Shown here: piece after piece, positions 1 to 11,450 of the stretch
Layout of the letters: the number at the start of each line of letters is the position of its first letter
Position numbering within the stretch: position 1 is the stretch's first letter
Assembly (NCBI GenBank): GCA_013265495.1
Contig: MU061538.1
Location: forward strand, 1,242,001 to 1,306,000
Length of the DNA: 64,000 nucleotides
Direction of reading: 5' to 3'
Origin: Vicugna vicugna
Lineage: Eukaryota
The notes under the pieces: model-generated
What the model saw: the letters and a program-made list of their open reading frames with translations, nothing else
Told to the model about the DNA's origin: nothing
Databases searched by the model: none
Translations under genes and position numbers: made by a program

Positions 1-234
1 TCCTCTTCTAGGTTATGACTCTCATAGAAGAAATTTCGCTCTGCTGCTCAGCCCGTATTTGGAGGGTTAAGTACTGGTAGGCACTTTAAGTTTCTGTACT
101 ACGGACATATTAATAGCTGCAAAATAGTAAATGGGATGGATGTCAGAATTCATCCAGGCGCACCTGTGTTTATTGGCATTCCCTTTGTTTCCTGTTTGAA
201 GCAACAACTTTCTTTCAGATGTATATTTCTCTAC
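1..234 (-). pseudogene. Candidate decayed exon (runs off window start)
   Basis: Acceptor tttaaaaatattctag|GT at 235-236; ~55-codon frame VEKYTSERKLLLQTGNK... Confidence 0.3.
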
Positions 235-239
235 CTAGA

Positions 240-2560
240 ATATTTTTAAAGTCAAATATACTGAGGAGAAAAACACATGCACCTTTTTGATTGCACAGTT
301 CCATGTGTTTTGCCAAACACAGGTGATTATGTAACCAGCACCCAAATTAAGATGTGTGACATACCCACATCACAGAGTTTCCTTCCGTCCACTTCTAAGC
401 AGTCCCCTCCCTTCATCCCGGACCCCGGCAGGCCCTCGTCTGCCGTCTGCCGTCTGCCCCACTAGCCTTGCCTGCTCCAGAACGTCGTGCACACAGACTC
501 AGACCACGCGTGACCTTCTGCGCTTGGCTTCCCCGGCATACTGCATTTGAGGTCCATTCGTGTTTGACATGCATCCAGAGTTGCTTTTCATCGCTGAGAT
601 ATCTTGCATTTGGTGGGTGTGCTTTACTTGGCTAATCCACTCACAAGTTGGTGGGCATTTGGGCTGTTTTTAGTTTTTGGCAACTATGGAGAAAGCCACT
701 ACAGATGTCCATGTACTGGTTTTAGTGTGACCATCTATTTTCATTTTTCTTGGATAAATATCTGAGAGTGGGAAAGAGCGTTCGTCCAGCGCTGTCAGAC
801 CGTGCCCCGGAGTGCACTGTGGGAGAGTTCCAGTTGCTTCACATCCTCACCAGCACGTGGCGTTGTCAGTTTATCCTCCTCCTCCTCGGAGCCAGCCTGC
901 TAACGCATGTGGTGCTCTCTCATCGTGGGTTGAACTTCCCCAACTGGAGAATCATCTTGAGAATCTCTTTGGGTACTAGTTTCCATCTGTATATTCTTAT
1001 TCAAGTCTTTTACCCATTAAAAAAAAATGAGTTGCTTGAATTTCTTGTATTTTCTAGATACAAGTCTTTTGCTGGATAAGTGATTTGCAAATATTTACCA
1101 AATCTTTTTGTTTTCTTAGCAGTGCCTTTGCAGGGCAAGCATTCCTAATTTTGATGAAGTCCAATTTATCAATTTTTATTTCCATGGATTGTAGTAACTC
1201 CAGGTCACAAGGATGGCTCCTATGATTTCTTCTAAAAGCTTTGTAGATTAACATTTGACATTTAGATCTGTGATGCATTCTGGGGTAATTTTTATATAAG
1301 GTATTGGGTCAGGATGGTGGTTAATTTTCTTTTTTGCATATGGGTGTTCAGTTATGCTAGCAGCATTTGTTGAAAACACTCTCCATTTTGCTCAAGTTGG
1401 CTTTGCCTCTTTATCAAAGATTAAATGGCCACGTTCGTGTGGGTCTGTTTTTGAACTCTATTCTGTTTCACTGATACGTGTTTCTTCTGTTCCTTTGCCA
1501 AGACCATACTGTCTTGATTGCGGTAGCTTTATAATAATTCTTAAAACTGGTTGGGGAGTCTTCCAAGTTTGCTCTTCTTTTTCACAGTTGTTTGGCTATT
1601 TTAGATCCTTTGTCTTTCCATATCAAGTTTTGAATCAGTTTGAATGTAAACACAAAAGTCCTGCTGGGATTTTGATTAGAATTACATGAAATCTGTCGGT
1701 TGGTAGAAGAGAGTCTTCCAGTCCATGAACATTGTATGTCTCTCCATCTAATTAGATCTCCCTTCTGTTCGTTCATCAAAGTTTTATAGTTTTCAGAATA
1801 TGTTTTATCTTTATACCTAAATATGTCATTTTTGGAGCTACTGTAAATGTTATTATAAAAATTTTTCTAATTCTTTATTGCTTGTGTACAGAAATATGAC
1901 TTTTGTGTGTTGACTTTGTATCCTACAGACTTGCTAAGTGCACTTATTAGTTTTACAGACTTGTTTTGTGGATTCTTTGGGATTTCTATAATCATGACAT
2001 CTGAGAATAGGGCAAATTTTTGGCATGCCTTTTATTTTATTTTATTTTGTTGCCATGTTGAGCTGGCCAGGACCTCCCACGTGATGTTGAATAGGTGCTG
2101 AGGGTGTTTCCCTTGTTTTAAAGAAGCAGTAAGTCTTTCACCATTAGATATAACGGTTAATTCTAGTTTTGTTTTGTTTTGTTTTTTGATAGATGCCCCT
2201 CAGGTTAAGGGATTTCCCTTTTATTCTCAGTTTTCTGAGTGTTTTATCATGAGTTGATGTTAAACTTTGTTAGGTGCTTTTCTATACCAATTCATATGGT
2301 CGTGTGGTTAGTCTTCTTTTGTCTGTTTACATGATGGATTGCATTCATTGACTTTTTTAGTGTTGACGCAACCCTGCATTCCTGGGATAAGCCCCGCCTG
2401 ATAATGGAGTATTATTCTTTTTTATGTATTGCTGGACTCAACCTGCTTGCATTTTGTTGAGAGTTTTTGCATCTGTGTTCATGAAGGAAATTGGTATGTG
2501 GTTTCTTTTTGTTTTACTCTGTTTGCCTGGGTTAGGTATCAGATAAGATAGAGCTTCTTC
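240..2560 (-). mobile_element. Old LINE-1 (L1M-type) 3' UTR plus ORF2 remnant
   Basis: Antisense L1 ORF2-like text; minus-strand fragments such as IPISFMNTDAKTLNKMQA and WRDIQCSWTGRL match L1 ORF2 reverse-transcriptase motifs. Confidence 0.85.
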
Positions 2561-2577
2561 CTGTTTTATATACATTT

Positions 2578-2614
<37 letters not shown>

Positions 2615-2628
2615 ATGTATATGTATAT
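2578..2628. repeat. (TA)n(TG)n microsatellite
   Basis: Seen directly. Confidence 0.95.
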
Positions 2629-2639
2629 GAAAGTTTAAC

Positions 2640-5100
2640 AAGATAATATTTGAACCCACACCCTAGTGTAGAAGGCCACCACTGCCTTGCACCTACCTCT
2701 GTACTTCTCTTAGTCTATTCCAGGGGTTCTCCTACAGAGGTGACCACCATTCTGAATCTGGTGTTTATAATTGCCTTGCTTTGGTTACCTAGCTTTATTC
2801 TGTGTGTTTCACATCCTGAACAACATATGTGCATGTCCCCCCCTTGTTTTTCAGCTTCTTACAAATGGTATCATGCTGAGTATCATCTTCCAGGACTTTT
2901 TTTCTTTTAATGTTGTATTTTTTAAGAGTCTTCCATGCTGTTGTCCACAGTTGTAGGTCATTTATTTTCTCCTGCTACATAATTGTCCACTGTGTGATTA
3001 TATCTTAATTATTTATCCATTCTCCATTCAATGAGCTTCGGGTTTTTCCTAGTTTATTTATTAGACTTAGGGATGCTGTGAATGTTCCTACACATACTTC
3101 CTCGTATAGAGATGCAAGAATTTCTCTAGGGTACATACCTAAGAATAAAATTCCTAGCTAAGGTGTGCAAACATCCCACTTCACAAAACAACGTCAAGAT
3201 GCTCTTTGTAGTAGTTTCACAGGGGTTATGACAATGTAGATTCCCAGGAGCTGGGTACGTAGTTCTCACTGATCCACAGTGTCGTTGACATTTGACGTTG
3301 TTAAGCTTCTGAAATCTAGTGCGTGTAACACGTAACTTCATCATGGTCTTAATTTAAATTTTCTTGAGGACTCAGGTAGAACAGTTTTTCATATGATAAC
3401 TTTCTATTTCTTCTTCTGTGGAATCCCTGACCATGTCTTTTTCTGTTTATCTAATGTCATTTACCTTTTCCTAGTATATTCGTATGTAGTACATTATATA
3501 TTCTAAATACACATCCTTTTCAGTTAGAGGCGGGCTAACATCCCAGTCTGTGGCTTACTTTTCACTTTCTTTATATTATTTTTTGATGAAGAGAATCCAT
3601 TTTAATGTGGCCCAATTTATAAAACTTTCTCTCTATGGTTAGTGCTTTTTGTCTTCTGTTGAGGAACTATTTCTTTATCCTAGGATCATGAAGGCAGTCA
3701 CATGTATCGCCTTTGATTTACCTGGACTTGAGTTTTGTGTATGATAGAATATAGAGATCCAGTCTGAGTTTTTTTTTCAGTAGAGATACTTAATTTTCCC
3801 AGGACCATTTAATAAATAGCTATCCTTTCTTCTTTGGTATACAAAATGGTCTCTGTTTTACATCAATGTTCCATTTATGTATGGGTTTAATTCTGGGATT
3901 TCTATTCTTTTCCATTGTTTTATTGTCTATAGCTGTGCCACCATCTCATACAGCCTAGATATATCTGGAGTTACCTGGTACACCCAGTTTGGGGAGAAGG
4001 CATCATGGTATTAGGTCTTTCTGTGGATAGACATAATGTCTCTCTGTGTTTCGTAGTTCTTTTAAAACGCCTTTCTGTAAAACTTTATAAACTGTCTCTA
4101 TGCAGGTTTTACCCATCTAATGTCACACTCATACCTAGTTATAAGATTTTTTGCTATTTGAATGGTATTTAATTTTTTTCATTTTCTTTTCCGTCTCTGG
4201 TCAAGAAATGATATTGATTATTGTATGTGGATTGTATGGCAAGCTCTAAATTTTTAATAATGTCTGAATATTCTGGATCTTCTGGACAGTTACAGCATCT
4301 GTAAATAATGAAATCCCTTTCTTTCCAATTCGCTTGCCTTTAATTTCTTTCTCTTTTCTTACTCTGCAAACTACACCTGCTGTCCAATGTTGACTAGAAG
4401 ATAGTGGGCATCACCGTTCATTTGTGGTAGTGAAAGGAATACTTCTAATGTGTCACCACTGAGACGACATTTGATGCAGATTTAGGTAGACATTCTGTAT
4501 CTGGTTAGTCTTTCCCTTCTACTCCTACTTTGTTAACAGATTAATGCTCTCTTCCTCGAGAGTTTGATGAAAGTCACTTGTAAGGCCATCTGACTGTGAC
4601 ATTCTTTGGTGGGAAAAACTATTGATTTAATTTCATTAATTATTATAGAACAATTTAGGCTTCACTTTATTTCTTGGGTCAGTTTGTTATATTTTTCAAG
4701 GAATTAAAAATGTTCTAAATTTTCAAATTTATAGGTATAGTGTTTGTAACATTATCTTCATAATTCTTTGTCTTCAGTGGTTTCCTTTTTTCACTCCTGA
4801 TATTGGTTCATTTTCTCTGAATTCTTGTTCAATGTCAGAAACGTATTAGCTACACTAATCACTTCAAAGAGCAAATCTTGGCCTCTGACCTTCTTTATTT
4901 AATGTTTTTATTTTGTTAATTTCAGCCCTTTATTATTTCTCTATTTTCTCTGCTTTACATTACATTGTTTCCTTCCTTTTTGTGAGGGAGGGTTAGCTTA
5001 TTTATTTTCAGCTTTCTTCTTTTCTGACAGATACATTGAAGGCTACAGATTTTCCACTAGTTACTGCTCTAGCTGAAGTCTACAAGCTTGATACGTAATA
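2640..5100 (-). mobile_element. Highly diverged LINE-1 (L1MC/ME-like)
   Basis: T-rich degenerate antisense L1 3' UTR/ORF2 signatures (e.g. atttatccattct, tctctagggtacatacctaag, tttatagg). Confidence 0.7.
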
Positions 5101-5162
5101 TTTTCTTTATGATTTTTTTTACTACTACCGCTACCTCTAAAGATGAATATTCTGTATCTTAC

Positions 5163-5378
5163 ATATTGTCGCCTCGGATACTGAGGAGAAAGGCAGAACC
5201 TGTGGCTTGTGTGCATGAGTACTTTGACGGTGTAGACGGCACTGGTGCAGAGATTTTGTGGTTCGGAAGAAAGCTAGTTAACTGTCCCGATTTTGCTTGA
5301 ATGAAGTAGCAGGGTGAAGTACTGAACCCCATGTATCTGCTTGGTGTTTATAATCTTTCTGTGATGCTACAGAATTAC
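5163..5378 (-). pseudogene. Candidate decayed exon, 216 nt, phase 1-1
   Basis: Acceptor ctgacttgcag|GT, donor AT|gtaaga; frame NSVASQKDYKHQADTWGS...NRDS*LAFFRTTK...SEATI with one internal TAA. Confidence 0.5.
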
Positions 5379-5419
5379 CTGCAAGTCAGTTTGTTAAAGC
5401 ATAAACATTACCACGCTAG

Positions 5420-5625
5420 ATGCAACCAATCTAACAAACACTTCTCAGATGTTGCTGTGTGACAGGCACTGTGCCCTCGGGCACTTCACATTTCAGGGTG
5501 GGGGATGGAAACTACGTAGGCGGATAGTGTTAGTGACGTGTAGCAACGATGATGACAAAGGCCAGGACGTGACATGAGAACCCTACTGAGTCTGAATACG
5601 TGGGCATCTGGGGAGTCTGACTCAG
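5420..5625 (-). mobile_element. L2 3' fragment
   Basis: aacaaacacttctc...gtgacaggcactgtgc resembles the reverse complement of the L2 3' end. Confidence 0.55.
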
Positions 5626-5739
5626 GAAAGGTTTCCTGGGATGGTGCCTGAACTGAACTTTGAACCTTATTTTGCTCACGGATTCAGAGCGTACACCACA
5701 TTTGGGAGGACGTTCCCCTGGCCCTGCAGGGTGTCCCTA

Positions 5740-5950
5740 AATACCTGTGCTGTAACAAAGCAGTGAAAGGGCCATTCTACCATTCTGTTCGGCCAGCTGC
5801 TTCAGGGGAACGGAAAACATGGTAAGACCGGTGACTTTCACAGACAGGAGCCAACCGCCACACATTACTTGCTGAAAGACAAGCTCCCTGGTCAGAAGCC
5901 ATGTTACGTGGAATGTCTGCTGATGGAAAGGTGCTGCATAAATCCATGGG
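5740..5950 (-). mobile_element. ERV-L (class III ERV) pol/integrase remnant
   Basis: Translation DIPRNMASDQGACLSASNVWRLAPVCESHRSYHVFRSPEAAGRTEW*NG aligns by eye to ERV-L integrase GIPHSIASDQGTHF...WSYHVPHHPEAAGLIERWNG. Confidence 0.8.
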
Positions 5951-6183
5951 TGGCAATTTGGGCAACAGCACTGAGGGTGGGGAAAGCAAGTCTCTGTCTA
6001 GAGCGCCTGTCATTCCAGAGGGAAGATGGCTGCAGCTCGCCCACGGCGGGAGTGCCCTGGGCCTGCCGTCCTGGGGCGCCGGGCCTCCCTGGGGTCTGGG
6101 CCCATGCCGAGCACTCAGCCTTGGTCCCTGCTGCCGGCCGGCCACCTGGGGCTCCCTGCCTTTGCTCGCGCTCTCCTCTCACC

Positions 6184-6365
6184 GCTGCGGTTCCCAGGCT
6201 TGGTCCCCAGATCAGCAGCACCGGCATCACTGGGAATCCGTTAGAAATGCGGATTCTTGGGCCTCTGCAGACCCACTGAACCGGAAGTCTGGGAGCAGAT
6301 GCAGACACCTGTCCTTCAGCAAGCTCTGTGGGTGCTTCTGACGCAGCTACAGTCAGAACTGCTGT
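6184..6365. mobile_element. MER5A-like hAT-Charlie DNA transposon fossil
   Basis: cagcagcaccggcatcactgggaatccgttagaaatgcggattcttgggcc...ctgaaccggaa matches the MER5A consensus pattern. Confidence 0.8.
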
Positions 6366-6489
6366 CCCCAAGGCTCGCTTCCCCGACGAGTCCTCATCTG
6401 CTGAGTCTCAGGGCCATCTCCTCTAACGAGCCTGCTCGGCATCCTGACTCCCTGTCCCAGGACTGTCCAAACTCTCAACACGTCGGTCG

Positions 6490-6635
6490 TCTCGGTGATT
6501 TTAGGTGACTATACTTCTGCCCGACTATGGGTTCTCTAAGGAAGGGGACTTTTTTCCTATTCAGCTTTATACTCTAGGGCCTGAAATGGTACCCGAGACA
6601 GTGGGAGCGTCCACAGACGTGGCTGAACTGAATTC
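6490..6635 (+). mobile_element. L2 3' end
   Basis: Degenerate L2 tail ending in gctgaactgaat. Confidence 0.5.
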
Positions 6636-6923
6636 AGCTAGACGCTGTCCTCTTGGCCAGTGGGGAAGGGATTAGCCCGGATGCTCTTCAGAGGTGCTCG
6701 GACAGGCAGCCAGTTCCGGCTCCAGGGCTCACTGCCCCCCAGTCCCACTTGCGGCTGCCTCTCAGCCCTGCCTGTGCAATGTCCTGAATCTGAGGACGGA
6801 AGCCAGGCTTGGCAGCCCCCCGATGAGGGTGCACGCTGGGGCCCCGGAGGCTCCGATACATTTGGGACATGGTGCGCCCTGCAACTTCTGAACCAGCGCA
6901 GATGCAGGGAGCGGTCTGCATAC

Positions 6924-7185
6924 CTAGCTAGGGGCTTTTAGGACAGGGGATGAAACAAAATGTCTACTTTCTCTTTAATTTGCCTCCTGTAAGTCGTGTG
7001 CCTCAGATGGGCATCAGGCTATAATTCGGGTGTTCGTGTCCTAAGCGTCGGAAGACTGAACACTGAACCTGGTGGAGGACGTGCGCCGTCCTGCTCTGGG
7101 CGGCTCACCCGTGTCACTGAAGCTCGTGCTTCAGTGAAACAGATGCTGTTTCACAGTGGGAATCTTTGAAGGACGGGAAGAGATA
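6924..7185 (-). pseudogene. Candidate decayed exon
   Basis: Acceptor gttcctttctag|, donor AG|gtatgc; ~86 codons with three stops. Confidence 0.4.
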
Positions 7186-7532
7186 CTAGAAAGGAACACA
7201 TATTTACTGCGTACCTACTATTCACAGGTACAATTTTAGGTAATTCTGAACAATTTGTCTCAGTTGATTTTCATTCTGCTGTGTTGTATTTATTCTGTGT
7301 TGAACAAACTCAGAGTTAGAGGCGCTAAGATGCTTCGTTTTATATCTCGTGGGAAGAAATCCTTGAATTTTAAACAAAACACTCACGCCAAGAAAAATGG
7401 CTTTTTTCCGTTTTTCAGTTTTATTAGGTAGAATTATTACAGTTTGAATTGCACATACACGTTATATCGCACGTAAATGCGTATATACAGCATACTGCAA
7501 AATGGCTCCGTAATGCTGTTAATAGGACTTAC

Positions 7533-7832
7533 CTAAAAGCAGAATTTGCGAGATACAGACTATTTGTTTTCTTTAACCAGTGAAGTTTTCTAACCCATGC
7601 TATGTTCTCAGAGTCTGAGCACGAGACAGTGATGTGGAGTTGACCTGAGCACCCTGGGCCAGAGTTCACAGACCCCGACTGACTGGGCATTAGAAACACT
7701 TCCTGGTTTGCCTTCTCGTGAGGGTGGCCAGAGGTCTGGTCAGGTGCCTCTTACCTCTGGAATTGTATGCGTATCATTCGGTGAACTGGGGCCATGCAAG
7801 AGCTCCCCCAGCATGGACCAGTGTTTCCCTAC
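7533..7832 (-). pseudogene. Candidate decayed exon
   Basis: Consensus donor TAG|gtaagt at 7531-7532; weaker acceptor tctttgtcctggaag|. Confidence 0.3.
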
Positions 7833-8284
7833 CTTCCAGGACAAAGATCAACGAACAAGTATTTGTTGAATGCTTACTGTCTTCTCATACCAGTGATTTG
7901 AGGACAGAAATGCTCCCTGAACTGTAGCTGAAAGCGGAGGCAGGTCTAAGAGGTTATCTGGCCCACCATCCTTATTTTATAGAAGAGTAAACCGAGAAGA
8001 AATTAAGTAAACTGCACAGGGGTAAAGAAATTAGTCATGGTCAGAACTAAGGAGTCGCATCTTCCGGTTGCATATTGTACCTCCACACCCTCCAGGGGCT
8101 AATGTTTTAAACAAGAAGACTTAGTTAACACACACAAGACAATCAGAAACAATCAAGTGTCTATAAATTCAGCAGGAAGTCAGGGAGAGCAATGGGCCTA
8201 AGGCAGGGGAGTCTGAGAGTTTCACCCAGGTGCACCTGTGTGGGGGAGCCGGCGAGGCAGAGAAGAGAGGCAGGAGTGTCGCGA

Positions 8285-9100
8285 TCACGGGGAAGAGAAA
8301 GGTGGTGTGGTTCGCCTGCCTACGCGAACAGAGTCAGAGCAGTGGGCTGTGGTGGGGAGTCTGGTGAGGGCTTGGACGTGGTGCCCTGATTGCCTAAGTA
8401 AAGGTGACGTGGGAGCCGAGGAAGCATTTGATAGTCTGCCCAAGTCTGTCTCTGCATGTCTGCCACAACTTGCATACCGTTCCTTTATGCTACATCAGGT
8501 TTTCTTATTAGCTGTCTGTCTGCTACAGTTGTGTTTGCAGTAGGTTTGGGGCTTCTTGAAGATGGAGGTCACGTCTGCCACCTCTTTGCTCGTCCAGTGC
8601 CTGGCACAGACGAACTACTCCAACAGCTCATTCCTGAGTGGGCAGGCATCTGAGCGGAGGGGGTCATGGGAAGATGGTGTGTGCCGCTCAGACTGTCAGG
8701 TTTGTGCGGGCTGGGCTGGGTGTGATGGTGGAGGAGTCAAGGTGAGTAAAGGAGAGGCCAGGAGACTCGCCGGACACAGATGCGCAGACGCGGGCAGGCT
8801 AGGGAAGGGAGGGGCGCGTCTGAGAGGTTCCGGGAGTGTCATTCCTGGTCTGTCGTCCCACCGCACATGCTGTCTCTCCTGGGCAGCTGCGTCTGTCAGT
8901 CTCGGGTTCGTTCCCTGTAGATTACTTGTCTCTTCTCTCTGGTTGCTTGAAAAGCTTGCCTTTGTTCTGGGTGTTCTGCACACTCACTTCAGTCTACCTA
9001 GGTTTGGATTTACTTCTGTTAACTTGACTCAGGACTCAGTGTGCTTCTTGAGTTGAGAAGTTATGCTTTGAGTGATTCTTGGAGATCTGACTCCCCTATC
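8285..9100 (-). pseudogene. Candidate large decayed exon (boundaries uncertain)
   Basis: ORF 8696-8983 continues in the same frame past isolated stops to ~8285 (...HWTSKEVADVTSIFKKPQTYCK...). Confidence 0.4.
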
Positions 9101-9429
9101 TTTTCAAAAATCCCTTTTCCCCCTTTCTCTCCAGTCCCTCCGTGGGGAGCTCTTCTGTTGGGCACATGTTTCATCTTAACCTTCTCTAAATCGCTCTTCC
9201 TACGTCCCATCTTTTTATGCTGTATTACAGGCAATCTCCACAGCTCCAGGTTCCAGTGCGATAATGTCCTTTTTTCCTGTGGTGCTTAACACACTGGCCT
9301 TTTTTATATTAATGATTATATTTTTCAGTTTTGAAATCTTCACTTTGATCACTGTTAAATATGTTTATTTTTTAGAATGCCTTTTATTCTCTTTCAGCAA
9401 GATTTTAGCTCACTGTCACCTTCCACCTT

Positions 9430-11450
9430 ATGGCTGTCATAATTTGTGACCATTATGGCGTTGACACGGATGACTCTTCTGACCACCTGACTTCCCAGTT
9501 CCCCAGTCTCCTCTCTCCAAACTTGGTCTTCTGCTCCATCCCAGCCCCACTGCTGTGGTCACCCCCCGCCCTCGACGTCCCCAAGGTGCACTCTCCACCC
9601 CCGGCACCCGCCCTCCAACCACTACCCCTAACTCCAGGCACTCTTAGTTCCTCCAGCCCTAGGGATCCTTTCTCTCCATTGGGAACCAGCATCTGTTCAT
9701 CCTGCCCTGTTTTTAGTGCCTTCACCCCCCTTCATGTCCACCCTTCCCTCCTCCGCCAGCTTAGATTTTAAGCGCTATCGTTAATCCAAGATACATATTT
9801 AAGAGTGACTGACCCCTCAGGATGCCCTGAAGGCCCATGTCCCTCCTTCCCTTTGTGGCACTCCCCTGGGAAACACCCAGCACGGGTCAGATCCAACTCT
9901 CAGTCTGTTCTACGTCTGCACTCAAGCAAGTGAATCACGGTCGGATAGAAACACACCACTAGACTCACGAGACCCAGCTTCACTCCCCTGGGCCAGGCCC
10001 TCAGTGCTGCCAGTAATCCAGCACCTGTCCTCGGTCCGCCGTGTCCTCCACTTGCCCAGGTAGTTATCTTATCCTCTTTTTTCAGACCTCCCACAGCACC
10101 TTGCTTGTCCGCACTCAGCAGATGACCGGGCTTCCTGATTCACTGGGAAGACAGACGCCGTCAGGAGAGAACGTCCACCAGCTCACATCTGCCGCGCCTG
10201 GAGCGGCACGTGCCGCCTCACGCTTGCTCCTCTGGTCAGCCGTGGGTGCCAGCCCCTCGTGTGTATCTGGGGACATCCTGCAAGTGTCCCCTTTGTCTTC
10301 TGCATCATCAGTGTTCCCTCTACTCTGTAACTCACAGCAACACACAGACCTGTTGTAAAAAAACCCTCTGTTTGGCCCACATCCCTTCGCAGCTACCAGT
10401 TCCATTTTCTGCTCCTCTTTATAGCAGAAATTCTTGGGAGTGTTACCTTTCTTACTTTCCTTGTTTCTTCCCCTCTCCTTCTCTCCTGGAAGTGTCCCAG
10501 TCGGGCATCTTATCTCCACGAATGCGCCAGAACGGCTCTTCTGAGGTCACTGATTCTCGCCCTACACTCTCCCACCTGCAAGGAGCCTCGGGTGGCGGTG
10601 GTCCTCTTCCCTGGACACTGTCTCTCCTTGGATTCCGGCACCCCACTCTGGGCTCGTCTCCTGCTTCCCGGATGGCTGCTTCCGCATTGGCCCTGCCGGG
10701 GCTTCCTGTCTTCCCGGCCTCTTCCCGCCTTGGAGCCTGTCCCTTCCCCGTGCACCTTTCCCCCTAGTTTCATCCTCCTAGTCTCTTAGCATGGAAGAGC
10801 CGGCCCGTGACTCCCAGGTTGCCGTCTTTAACCTGGCCTCTCCTCTGAATCACCGAGTCCCAGGCGACGCTTAGCTTGTGAGGCGTCCAGCACTTCCGTC
10901 TAACAGACTCTCCAACGCGGCGTGTCCCGCCTGGAGCTCCCGCTTCCCCACGCCACTGCCTCTGCCTCCAGCTAGTTCTCTGCAGCATCAAACAGCGACT
11001 TCCTTCTTGGAGTCGCTCATGCTAAAACCCTCAGCGTCACCGTTGGCTCATCTCCTTGGTGGCTCGATCTCAGCATGCACCTAGAATCCGCCCTCGTCTT
11101 GCCATCTCTTAGACCGCCACTGCGGACCAAGCCCCCATCGGTTTCTCTTTTACTGAAAACAGCCTGCTAACTGCTCTTCTCACCTCTCTGCCTCTCTCTC
11201 CATATTGTCTTTTCTCAAAACACCAGCCCGGGAGAGCCTTTCAAATGCAAAGTCAGAACACGTGTTACTTTACAAAAACCACCTTCCCATCTCACTCAGA
11301 CTAGAAGCCAAATACTTACCACGGTTCCCGGGCCGGTACCGTCTGCCTCCTCCGCACCCCAGGTCTCAAACCGTCTCCTCCTGTTCCCTTTGCTCCTTTG
11401 CCAGGACGGCCCGCCCGCTTGCTGCTTCTGGCGCACGGGGTGCCTGCCCC
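9430..11450 (+). mobile_element. L2 (L2a-like) fragments
   Basis: Pyrimidine-rich L2 body, e.g. ccattttctgctcctctttatagcagaaa and tcaaatgcaaagtcagaacacg...cccatctcactcag. Confidence 0.65.
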
